Below, piece after piece: positions 9,815 through 18,134 of a DNA stretch of 32,000 nucleotides. Under the pieces are notes generated by a model. That model searched no databases. It saw nothing but the letters and a program-made list of their open reading frames with translations, and was not told the origin of the DNA. A program made the position numbers and the translations under genes. The DNA comes from Synechocystis sp. PCC 6803 substr. PCC-P (lineage in GTDB: Bacteria; Cyanobacteriota; Cyanobacteriia; Cyanobacteriales; Microcystaceae): assembly GCF_000284455.1 (NCBI RefSeq), contig NC_017039.1:3120001-3152000 (forward strand). Reading direction: 5' to 3'. Within the stretch, counting starts at the first letter, position 1. Every line of letters starts with the position of its first letter.

Positions 9815-10404
9815 AAACGAATCGTCCTCAAAGGTTTCTGCAATGGCAACAAAAGCCAGAAATATGAAACAAAGCAGTCAAGTTTGTTAACAGTTGGGGA
9901 TACTGCCGGGGGTTAATGGAGCGCTAAAAAATTGTTGAAAATAACACTAATGCCAAGAAAAATTAAACAACGTCAAGATTGTTTTTGTTGATTCTTAATT
10001 AAGGCCGGGGAAAGAGATAGCCCAAAAAACTTAGTCGAGAAATGGGGCTGCGAATTAGTCGTCAACGATTGGTGTTTGGTCATGGCGTTCTCTCTGGGTC
10101 TTAGTTTTATCTTGAACCCAAAATCAAAAAATGGAACACTTTCTTATTGTTTTTTAACGAGATCAAATACTGTGAAGTTTTGTAATTGCTCCGTGGCAAG
10201 AAGAAAATTTTGCCTTAGCTATTGTTTGGATTTCATGACAGCAGCAATGTCCACCCGATTGTTGACAATACTCGGACAGTACTCAGGCTAATTAGTTGAT
10301 CCAATTTCAGCGACTTATTCCAATCACAATTTACAGCCAAATTAACTATAGTTTAAAAAATCGAATTAAAACCTCTGTCAAAATCTATTTTGGCAGCATT
10401 CACC

Positions 10405-10977
10405 TTACCAAATCAAATCTAAATCCAACACAAACATCGGTAAAACATTTTCCCCTGATAAATTGCTCGGATTTTTTACTACTTCCATCCCTTGACCCTG
10501 ACGATAAATTTCTACTTCCTTACTTTGACGATTAATTAACCACCCCAACCGTGTGCCATTTTCTAAATATTCCTGCATTTTTTCCTGTAGGGGCTTTAAA
10601 TTGTCGCTGGGCGATCTTAGTTCAATCACAAAATCAGGACAAAGAGGCACAAAGCCTTGTTTTTCTTCCTGTGTTAATGCTGTCCATTTTTCCAGGGAAA
10701 TCCACGCCGCATCGGGGGACTTATCCGCACCATTGGGAAGTTTAAAGCCCGTGGAGGAATCAAAAACCTTACCAAGCTGATACTGTTTATTCCAGTGTCT
10801 TAATTGATAATTAATTTCGGAATTCTTTTCGCCAGTTTCTCCACCCGTAGGGGGCATAATGACTAAATCTCCCTGATAAGTTCTCTCAAACCGTAAATCA
10901 CTGTTATTTTGACAAAGCTTATAAAACTGCTCGTCGGATAATTTTAAAGAATCCATTTTTATCTTTAGTGGACTCAT
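10405..10977 (-). CDS. Uma2 (DUF820) family restriction-endonuclease-fold protein
   Basis: Uma2-type motifs: LSDEQFYKL, GDLVIMPPTGGETG, SPDAAWIS and PDFVIELRSPSD. ATG 10977 has GGGAG 7 nt upstream and gives the usual family length of about 190 aa. The track ORF extends to ATG 11112, adding a basic, non-homologous-looking 45 aa, so the start is uncertain. Confidence 0.7.
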   Translation of the reverse strand: MSPLKIKMDSLKLSDEQFYKLCQNNSDLRFERTYQGDLVIMPPTGGETGEKNSEINYQLRHWNKQYQLGKVFDSSTGFKLPNGADKSPDAAWISLEKWTALTQEEKQGFVPLCPDFVIELRSPSDNLKPLQEKMQEYLENGTRLGWLINRQSKEVEIYRQGQGMEVVKNPSNLSGENVLPMFVLDLDLIW

Positions 10978-11118
10978 AATTGTTCTCCCAATCATTGGGG
11001 GGCAAGCACAGGCCTCTAGTTTAACATCAAGACTTTGACTGCGTTGTGTTGTTTTGAGGATTGATTTACGGTGACATAACAGAAGTTTTTGCGTCGATCG
11101 CCGTTTGGCCATTCACGA

Positions 11119-12966
11119 TTAATCGGGGGTTAACAACATCAATCGGTCGGGTTCCAAATGTATAGACCAAGGCTGGGGACAATGACGTAAAATCTGCCAT
11201 TTTTCTTTAAATACCTCCGCCTGGAGGTGATAGTCATCGGTATCAACGGGAGGAATCCCTAATTTTAAATAAACCGTCATGCGATGGGGAGTTTCACTGG
11301 TCCACACCACCCAACCAGGAAAAGTATTGACCGGAGATTGATGGTGATCGCCAGCATCTAAAAACCGAATTTGATGGGCCCGAATCCCGATGTGGGTTTG
11401 GTCGGAAGAAACGGGTTCCGTTGTTTGTAAGGTGCATTGCCAGTCCAGGGCCCGGACAGTATGGCGATCGATGACTTGAATAGGAGAGTAATTTTTGCAA
11501 CCCGTCAGTTGGGCAATGGTCACACTTCCAGGGCGATCGAAAATGGCTTGCTTGTCCCCAGTAGCTACCAATTTACCTTGGCTTAGTACGAGTAATTTCT
11601 GACAAATCCGATAGGCTTCTTCCAGGTTATGGCTGACGAAAAGGGTGAATCCTTTATAGCCAGAAAGGATTTTGAGCAACTGTTTTTCCAGTTCATAGCG
11701 TAGATGGGTATCCAGGGCAGAAAAGGGTTCGTCTAATAACAGAACATTGGGTTCCGGAGCTAAAGCCCGGGCCAGGGCGACCCGTTGTTGTTGGCCACCG
11801 GATAGCTGATGGGGATAACGATCGCCCATTTTTTCTAAATTTACTAAAGTCAATTGTTCTTCAACCCGGAGCGATCGCCGTTGGGGGGAGAGGTGCCGCA
11901 GACCAAAGGCAATGTTCTGGGCCACGGTCAGATGGGGAAATAGGGCATAGTTTTGCAACACTAAACCGACTTTCCGTTCATGGCTCGGTACATTGATATT
12001 TCGTTGTGAATCAAACAAAGTTCGACCATTAAGGATGATGCGCCCCTGGGTCGGAGTTTCTATCCCCGCAATGCAACGGAGTGTCATGGTTTTGCCAGAA
12101 CCCGATGCCCCCAACAATCCCACCGTTTCCCCTTGGGTAGTAAATGTAACGTCTAAACTGAATTGCGCTAACTGCTTCTGAATGTTGACCTGGATCCCTG
12201 GCTCCACTTCCCCTAGCTTTGGGTAATGAGAAGAGGAATTTTCCCATCCATTGTTTTGGAATAAAACAGTTAACCGATGCTCCTGGGGCTGAGGGTTGTG
12301 AATTTTATCTTCATAACGTCTTTGCCAGATATTGGCAGCCATAATGCCAGCCAGGGAGATGACCAAAATAATGCCTACCCATAACCAAGCTTCCCCCATG
12401 GCCCCTGCTTCCACAGCAAAATAGATGGCCATTGGTATGGTTTGGGTTTGCCCCGGAATATTGCCCGCCACCATCAAAGTAGCGCCAAATTCCCCCAAGG
12501 AACGGGCAAAGGCGAGGGTGGTGCCAGCCAAAATACCGGGCAGGGACAGGGGTAATAGAATGCGCCGAAAAACTTCTCCCCTCGAAGCTCCCAGGGTTTG
12601 GGCAACTTGCAACAGATGGCGATCGACTTGCTCAAAGGCCCCCAATGTTGTTTTATACATCAGGGGAAAGGACACTACCGTGGCGGTGATCACAGCGGCA
12701 TACCAAGTGAAAACGATGGTGACATCAAACTGGGCCAGGATTTTTCCCAACGGGCCATTTTTGCCAAACAATAACAACAGCAAAAAACCCACCACCGTGG
12801 GCGGCAAAATTAACGGCGCAATAAAAACGGCCTCAACCAAAGACTTTCCCGGCTGGCGATCGCCTAACATCCCATAGGCTGCCGCAATACCAAGGATGAA
12901 TGTGACCACGGTTGCTAATCCGGCAGTTTTGAGGGAAATCCAGAGGGGAGTAAGGTCGGTGGCCAT
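11119..12966 (-). CDS. modBC: Molybdate ABC transporter, fused permease (ModB) and ATPase (ModC) with a C-terminal TOBE/Mop-like domain
   Basis: 615 aa, ATG 12966. The N-terminal half is a permease with the EAA loop ARSLGEFGATLMVAGNIPG. The C-terminal half has Walker A GASGSGKT, the signature LSGGQQQRVALARAL and Walker B LLLDEPFSALD, followed by a tail of about 130 aa. Confidence 0.88.
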   Translation of the reverse strand: MATDLTPLWISLKTAGLATVVTFILGIAAAYGMLGDRQPGKSLVEAVFIAPLILPPTVVGFLLLLLFGKNGPLGKILAQFDVTIVFTWYAAVITATVVSFPLMYKTTLGAFEQVDRHLLQVAQTLGASRGEVFRRILLPLSLPGILAGTTLAFARSLGEFGATLMVAGNIPGQTQTIPMAIYFAVEAGAMGEAWLWVGIILVISLAGIMAANIWQRRYEDKIHNPQPQEHRLTVLFQNNGWENSSSHYPKLGEVEPGIQVNIQKQLAQFSLDVTFTTQGETVGLLGASGSGKTMTLRCIAGIETPTQGRIILNGRTLFDSQRNINVPSHERKVGLVLQNYALFPHLTVAQNIAFGLRHLSPQRRSLRVEEQLTLVNLEKMGDRYPHQLSGGQQQRVALARALAPEPNVLLLDEPFSALDTHLRYELEKQLLKILSGYKGFTLFVSHNLEEAYRICQKLLVLSQGKLVATGDKQAIFDRPGSVTIAQLTGCKNYSPIQVIDRHTVRALDWQCTLQTTEPVSSDQTHIGIRAHQIRFLDAGDHHQSPVNTFPGWVVWTSETPHRMTVYLKLGIPPVDTDDYHLQAEVFKEKWQILRHCPQPWSIHLEPDRLMLLTPD

Positions 12967-13012
12967 CGTGGGGCAATGTCGAACAGTTAAGGCAGTTTAC
13001 GGCAATGGCTGA

Positions 13013-13825
13013 TTATTCACCCGGGCCAAAACCATATTGACTGAAAACCTTCTGGGCTTCTTCACTAGCGAGAAATTGGCCATAGGTGCGGGCTGCTTCT
13101 GACTGGGGACTGGCCGCTATCACGGCGATCGGATAAACAATGGGGGCATGCAAATTAGCCGGGGCTTTAACCACAGTTTTTACTTGATCGGAAATTTGGG
13201 TATCGGTGGCGTAAACTATCCCAGCATCGGCATTGGCGCTTTCCACGGAACCTAAAACATTTCGTACCGAATTACCGTAAACAAACTTGGATTGTAACTG
13301 GGCCAAAATGTCTAGATTTTCAAAAACTTCCTCTGCATACTGCCCAGCGGGAACACTGCGGGGTTCCCCCAAGGAAATACGCTTAACGGCGGGGTCAGTG
13401 AGTTGCTGAAATTTGCTAATTTGTAGGGCGGAATCCTGGGGCACAACCAACACCAAACTATTACTGAGTAAATTGCGACGGGTATCGTTAATGATTAAAC
13501 TTTTTGCTTGCAACCCATCCATTTGTTTAGACGCAGCGGAAATAAACAGATCAACCCTAGCTCCCTGCTCAATTTGCTGTTGCAGTGTGCCAGAAGCGGC
13601 AAAGTTGTAATTCACTTCAATGTTGGGATGGGTCGATTCAAACCGTGGGTCTAAGGTTTCCAGTGCATCCTGCAGGCTGGCCGCCGCCGACACAGTTAGG
13701 GTAATGGACTCTTTTGTTGGGACAACGAAAGTTTCTGAACTGGGGAACAATTGGTTAAACGAAGAAACTCCACACGCAGTCAATAAACCCACTAGGATCA
13801 GTAGCCAAAACCAAGCTAGTTTCAT
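13013..13825 (-). CDS. modA: Molybdate ABC transporter substrate-binding lipoprotein
   Basis: 270 aa, ATG 13825. Lipoprotein signal peptide with lipobox LLTAC. ModA-type motifs are NFAASGTLQQQIEQGARVDLFISA and GEPRSVPAGQYA. It sits directly upstream of modBC. Confidence 0.88.
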   Translation of the reverse strand: MKLAWFWLLILVGLLTACGVSSFNQLFPSSETFVVPTKESITLTVSAAASLQDALETLDPRFESTHPNIEVNYNFAASGTLQQQIEQGARVDLFISAASKQMDGLQAKSLIINDTRRNLLSNSLVLVVPQDSALQISKFQQLTDPAVKRISLGEPRSVPAGQYAEEVFENLDILAQLQSKFVYGNSVRNVLGSVESANADAGIVYATDTQISDQVKTVVKAPANLHAPIVYPIAVIAASPQSEAARTYGQFLASEEAQKVFSQYGFGPGE

Positions 13826-13846
13826 TTATTTCATCTTGAGATTTTT

Positions 13847-16441
13847 TTAGATTTTGGCGATCGCCTGCCAGAGTTCTGTCCGTAAAGGTTGCAGTTCATT
13901 GTCCAACTCCGGAGCGAGGATGGGGGAAGGCAACATAAACGGGAACCAAGTTACCAGGGGAAGATTTTCCGTCACTTGATAAAAATCGCTGGGGTTGGGG
14001 CCATCAATGTGGCGCAGATTAACCCCAAAGCCTAACCTCTGGCGACGGTACTGGAGTATGGGAGCGTAATCCCTCAGCCAAAGGTAAAAATCCGGCGCTT
14101 CCTGCAGAGAACGGAGGGTTTGCTGCAGTAAAGGTTCTGGCATAGGCGTTCCATTAACCTGGAGCCAAGCTTGATTGATTAACTCTTGGGCCTGGGCTGG
14201 ATTTTGCCAAGCTTGTACCAATTTGGCCGCCAGATCGGGCAAAGCAGGGAGATATTCTTCAATACGCTCTGGATCTTTGCTCAATGCCAGTAAAGCCTGA
14301 CTTTGGCGATCGCCAACTTTGGTTAACTCTGCTTCCGCCCGGGTAAATTGTCCCAACCACCAATAAATTCCTCCCTGGATTTTTCCCAAAAGGGTCTGAA
14401 AATTGGCATCATCTTGGTTTTCCTGCCGCAGTTGGTTGAGGGTTGACTGTATTTTTTCAATCAAAGGCGGATAAAGTCGAGCAAAATTAGGATCGCGCCA
14501 CACTGGATTAGTAATAAACAAAGGATCCCGCAAACATTCCAGGCTAAAAGCGTCAATGGCCAGGTCTAACTTTTGTTGTACCAATAGACTCAGCCCTAGG
14601 CCAAAGAATACCCCCCGTTTGGCCGGCACCAACTGACTGGCGGTGGCAAAAGCTTGACTCGCTTGGCTGGGATTTTGCCCCAGGGTCAACCACCCCAAAT
14701 TGTTATGGGTAAATTCCTGGTGGGGAGACGCTTCCACACTCCTCTCAAAAGCGGCGATCGCCTTGGTTACCAATTCCTGCCGTTGTTCTGGATCTGCCGT
14801 GGTCAAAGCAATGTTGCCCAAATTCCAACCCAACTGGGTGGGGTAATAGGCTTCCCAGGGAGCAAGATTTTCCGCTTGGGAAAGGTAATCGGTGAAAGCT
14901 GGTACATTTTCTGCTTCTAAAGCCCGGAACGCTATTTCTGACAGTTGCCAAGCCCGCAAAATGGGAAATAGCCAAACGGCGATCGCCAGCAGGAAAGCAA
15001 TGCCAGCAAAAAACACTGGCCGAGCAAAACGACTGGATTTTGGTATTACTGGATCAGCAGAGTAAAGCTGTAGTAAACAGGCAAAATAAATAACAATAAC
15101 GCCGCTAATGCAAACATTGTCCAATTGATAGTCAGTTAAACTAGTTACTCCGTAGGCTAACAATGCACTGGTGAGGGTCCAAATAAGAATTTTTACTACG
15201 TTTGAATCAACATCATTACCTTTAGTGTTAACTATATTTTGTTTGATTAAACTGCGAATTAATTGCCAAATTAAACCAATGATTAATAGTGAGGGAATTA
15301 ATATGCCCCAAACTCCCAATTCCGCAAATAATTGGGCGGGGGTGGAATGAAGCTGGTAAATAAATTCCGATTCCCGCCCGGCCCATACCGGTCGATAGAG
15401 TTGATATTGTAGGGGTACATTACCCAAACCAATACCAGTCCAAGGATGGGCTGACCCCATGCGCCAACCAATTTCAAAATTAATTAAACGATAGGCAAAC
15501 TGTCCCGCCCCTTGCCCTCCCATAATGCCGGTGAAGCTAGTAAGCAAACGGTCATTTGTACAAATAAAAATTCCCACCACGGCGATCGCCAAAGTGCCTA
15601 GGCCTAACCACCATCGCCAGGGCAATTGACGGAGCAGACCAATACCGATAATAACTAGTAACAATAAAGTAGCTAAACCTAATAGTCCCCCCCGGGAACT
15701 GGTGGTATAAAAATCAATTAATCCCAGCGATAAGGCAACGCTCCAAAACCAACGTTTTTTTCCTTCATTGAGCCAAATTAAAACACTCAGCAAAGGCAAA
15801 ATTAACACTAGGTAACCCGCCACATAGTTTTGGTGGCCAATGGGAGCCCAATTTTGCAATTCCAGTATCCCAAAAGTAAAAGTTTTAGTAATGCCCATTT
15901 CCCTGGCGATCGCCGCTGATTGCCAAAAAGGAATGAGGGTTTGGGTAAACCACAGCAAAAGACTAATGACAATAAAGGCAAAACCCACATAGCCTTGAAA
16001 AGTCAATAACTTGTTAATGCTTACCAGGGGGTTGGTTTGAACTTTTAGCCAACTTCTTAGGCCGTATAAACCGGCTAGAAAAGCGCAAAATATCCAGCCA
16101 TACCAACGGGCCTGCTGGGGAAATTCCGCCCCTACCACACTTAGCATTGCGGCGATCGCCAACGCCACCATTAACCAGTCGAACCCTAATCCGAGGGAAA
16201 TTAAGCGTTTATTTTGTCCGATTTGCCACAAACACCACAGCGCAGTTAACCAAAACCAGGTCTGCCAAACAAAGACCCAGGGCCAACCCACCATCAAGCT
16301 ATGGCCATTAGGTAACAGGGTGAATAGCCCATAGAGTAAGGCCGTCAATAGCCCCAACAATCGTCCTGGGTTACTAGAAGGGGAAGTGGATGAAGGGGAA
16401 CTAACCGGAGGAGAGGATGAATCGGCGGCCATACTGGGCAA
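13847..16441 (-). CDS. O-antigen ligase/polymerase-like (Wzy_C) polytopic membrane protein with a C-terminal TPR-like soluble region
   Basis: 864 aa. The N-terminus is Ser/Pro-rich, followed by more than 10 predicted TM helices. Wzy_C-like signatures are TTSSRGGLLGLATLLLL and LHSTPAQLFAELGVWGIL. The last ~370 aa are helical-repeat/TPR-like. The first codon at 16441 is TTG; the first ATG is at 16432. Confidence 0.68.
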   Translation of the reverse strand: MPSMAADSSSPPVSSPSSTSPSSNPGRLLGLLTALLYGLFTLLPNGHSLMVGWPWVFVWQTWFWLTALWCLWQIGQNKRLISLGLGFDWLMVALAIAAMLSVVGAEFPQQARWYGWIFCAFLAGLYGLRSWLKVQTNPLVSINKLLTFQGYVGFAFIVISLLLWFTQTLIPFWQSAAIAREMGITKTFTFGILELQNWAPIGHQNYVAGYLVLILPLLSVLIWLNEGKKRWFWSVALSLGLIDFYTTSSRGGLLGLATLLLLVIIGIGLLRQLPWRWWLGLGTLAIAVVGIFICTNDRLLTSFTGIMGGQGAGQFAYRLINFEIGWRMGSAHPWTGIGLGNVPLQYQLYRPVWAGRESEFIYQLHSTPAQLFAELGVWGILIPSLLIIGLIWQLIRSLIKQNIVNTKGNDVDSNVVKILIWTLTSALLAYGVTSLTDYQLDNVCISGVIVIYFACLLQLYSADPVIPKSSRFARPVFFAGIAFLLAIAVWLFPILRAWQLSEIAFRALEAENVPAFTDYLSQAENLAPWEAYYPTQLGWNLGNIALTTADPEQRQELVTKAIAAFERSVEASPHQEFTHNNLGWLTLGQNPSQASQAFATASQLVPAKRGVFFGLGLSLLVQQKLDLAIDAFSLECLRDPLFITNPVWRDPNFARLYPPLIEKIQSTLNQLRQENQDDANFQTLLGKIQGGIYWWLGQFTRAEAELTKVGDRQSQALLALSKDPERIEEYLPALPDLAAKLVQAWQNPAQAQELINQAWLQVNGTPMPEPLLQQTLRSLQEAPDFYLWLRDYAPILQYRRQRLGFGVNLRHIDGPNPSDFYQVTENLPLVTWFPFMLPSPILAPELDNELQPLRTELWQAIAKI

Positions 16442-16483
16442 TACTCACAGGAAAACACCTTTCCCATTTTGCCCTCTTCCCAG

Positions 16484-16507
16484 AAAAAAACCGCCCCGGA
16501 GGACGGT
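16484..16507 (-). terminator. Rho-independent terminator (7-bp GC-rich stem, UCCG loop, U7 tail)
   Basis: Minus strand: ACCGUCC UCCG GGGCGGU UUUUUUU. The single non-canonical pair is G-U on the minus strand but C-A on the plus strand, and the U-run exists only on the minus strand. Confidence 0.7.
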
Positions 16508-16572
16508 AATCAGATTTTCGTGTGTGAGGAGGAAATCGCGTCGAGTTCTGCTTATTTCTTAACCTCACTGTA
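16484..16572 (-). ncRNA. Candidate small RNA with a Yfr1-type CUCCUCACAC motif (5' end uncertain)
   Basis: The minus strand reads ...GAACUCGACGCGAUUUC-CUCCUCACAC-ACGAAAAUCUGAUU-ACCGUCC-UCCG-GGGCGGU-U7. That is a small 5' hairpin, a C/U-rich single-stranded motif (16531..16522) and an intrinsic terminator. A -10-like TAGAAT lies at 16584..16579. The gap has no credible ORF. Confidence 0.45.
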
Positions 16573-16578
16573 TCTACG

Positions 16579-16584
16579 ATTCTA
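16579..16584 (-). promoter_or_regulatory. -10-like hexamer TAGAAT upstream of the sRNA candidate
   Basis: The plus-strand sequence attcta equals TAGAAT on the minus strand, 5 of 6 matches to TATAAT. No clear -35 element is present. Confidence 0.3.
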
Positions 16585-16744
16585 AACCAAAATTTAGGGC
16601 CCTCCACTCACCCGATTGAGTGAATCGCGGCGATCGCCTAGATGTTAGACTTGCCTCGGACCCATCGATAATGTCACCTTAACCAACACATTTTCCAAAT
16701 TAATCGACCATGGCCAAGGGCAAGGCAAAGTCGGAAAAAGAACT

Positions 16745-17683
16745 TTAACCTTCCGTCTTGACCCTAAATTTTTTCTGTTCATGGGCTGCTGATTTTGCCG
16801 TTTCCATTGCATCGAGGAGTCCTTTTTCGGGGGAACGCTCCCCAATACCTATATCCGCCGTAATCTTTCCCTGCTCAAAGCCTAGGGCTAACCTTTCCCG
16901 AATAAAATCTGCTTGGCTAATATGGCACTCAATACAAAGAATGGCAAATTCCCTTTCCCCAATGCGGGCACAGAAGTCATCCTGGCGACAAACGGTTTTA
17001 ATGATCTTGGCAGCCCGTTGCAAGATTAAGTCGTTAATAGGCTCTTCCCCTTTGGGCTCCGCTGCTTCCACCTCAACAATAATGACACTGACCGGAAAGC
17101 CAAATTTCTGACAGCGAATTTCCTCACTGGCTAACAACTTTTCCCAGCCCGAAAGGCTATAAAAACCAGTAGTTCCATCCCGTTCCTTCAGAAGTTGTTG
17201 ATACTCTTCCCGCCGGGAAGCTATTTCCGCTTTGAGAAAAAAATCTAGGATAGTACTCAGCAGTTGGGCGATGAGCTCCACCAAGGGCAACTCGTCCACC
17301 AAACTATCGGGCTGAATTTCGGGATCAATGGCACAAAGGGTACCAAATAGGGAACCGTTACCATAGGTGATGGGCACCCCCACATAGGCTCCGATGTCCA
17401 CCTGCTGGGCGATGGGGGCATTGCGGTAGGCTTCCACCAAGTTCGATTGGGGAGCAATATGGGGTCCTTCTCCCCTCACCATGCGGGAGCAAAAGGAATC
17501 GGGCCAATGGAACACATCCCCTCGCTTAACTCCGTAACCATTGTCCTGAGCCTGGAGTACGATCCAGTTATCTACCTCGGTGCGGGTGATCATCCACAGG
17601 GATAGCCCCATTCGTTGATGTAAATAGGTCAATGTTGCCTGGGCCGCACTATCAAAGTCAGGAAAGGAAGTGGTGGTGAACAT
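16745..17683 (-). CDS. GAF-like sensor domain plus degenerate GGDEF domain protein (signature reads GEREF)
   Basis: 312 aa, ATG 17683. The N-terminal ~150 aa look like a GAF domain (GAYVGVPITYGNGSLFGTLCAID). The C-terminal part has GGDEF-domain topology (DGTTGFYSLSGWEKLL ... VSVIIVEVE ... RQDDFCARIGEREFAIL). Its signature pentapeptide is GEREF at 16946..16960. Confidence 0.7.
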   Translation of the reverse strand: MFTTTSFPDFDSAAQATLTYLHQRMGLSLWMITRTEVDNWIVLQAQDNGYGVKRGDVFHWPDSFCSRMVRGEGPHIAPQSNLVEAYRNAPIAQQVDIGAYVGVPITYGNGSLFGTLCAIDPEIQPDSLVDELPLVELIAQLLSTILDFFLKAEIASRREEYQQLLKERDGTTGFYSLSGWEKLLASEEIRCQKFGFPVSVIIVEVEAAEPKGEEPINDLILQRAAKIIKTVCRQDDFCARIGEREFAILCIECHISQADFIRERLALGFEQGKITADIGIGERSPEKGLLDAMETAKSAAHEQKKFRVKTEG

Positions 17684-17817
17684 CGGCTTGTCGGCGCCCT
17701 AGGATGGATTGGTAGATTCTGTTAATTCGGGAAGTTGAGAGATTCGGGTATTTGCTTGGCATATTCCCAAATGATTGTCCCTGCCTCCATTTTAGCTATG
17801 TTGTTGTTATGGGACAT

Positions 17818-17843
17818 AAAAAAACCTCCCCACAGGAAGGTTT
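17818..17843 (-). terminator. Rho-independent terminator downstream of psb30
   Basis: Minus strand: AAACCUUCC UGUG GGGAGGUUU followed by further U residues, a run of 7 U in total. It lies 30 nt after the psb30 stop. The one wobble pair (U-G) is a C-A mismatch on the plus strand. Confidence 0.7.
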
Positions 17844-17872
17844 CTCGCCACAATAGGTCAGGCTGGCATAGT

Positions 17873-17992
17873 CTATAGATCGCCGCCTCGGAAGGCTAGC
17901 ACAAACACCACCGCCGGCCCAGCAAGAACAATCAGGCCCAAAAAAGTCAACTGAAAAATAGGTTCTAAATTGAGTGCGGCTAATAATTCCAT
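17873..17992 (-). CDS. psb30: Photosystem II reaction centre protein Psb30 (Ycf12), 39 aa
   Basis: ATG 17992 with AGGAGA 5 nt upstream. The translation is [39 protein letters not shown], which I recognise as Ycf12/Psb30. The track's 103-aa ORF (to 18184) is an unsupported upstream extension. Confidence 0.9.
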
Positions 17993-18134
17993 AATTTCTC
18001 CTGTTAAAAACTGCTGGCTAGACTCAACGTAAGCAAGGATAATAAAACCAATGTCTATAATAGCTGGGTTGGTTTCGTCCCCTGGACTTGCCGTCATAAA
18101 AATACATAAAGTTATGTGAAGAAGGAGACCGGCC

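Noticed and set aside
10076-10535. Plus-strand ORFs 10076..10291 and 10296..10535 in the AT-rich modBC/Uma2-nifJ spacer
   Set aside because: Their composition reflects AT-rich DNA (Ser/Leu/Asn/Ile/Phe-rich). They have no RBS or motif, and the second overlaps the Uma2 3' end on the opposite strand. A 36-aa minus-strand ORF starting at 10083 is equally unconvincing.
13826-13846. Possible Moco riboswitch or promoter upstream of modA
   Set aside because: Only 21 nt separate modA from the preceding stop codon, which is far too short for a Moco riboswitch aptamer. No such conserved structure was seen.
16401-16845. Minus-strand ORFs 16401..16607 (68 aa) and 16645..16845 (66 aa) in or near the 16.4-16.7 kb gap
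   Set aside because: Both overlap neighbouring gene ends. One would run straight through an intrinsic terminator. Their peptides are Arg/Pro-rich with no Shine-Dalgarno or motif. The region is better explained as non-coding (sRNA candidate or UTR).
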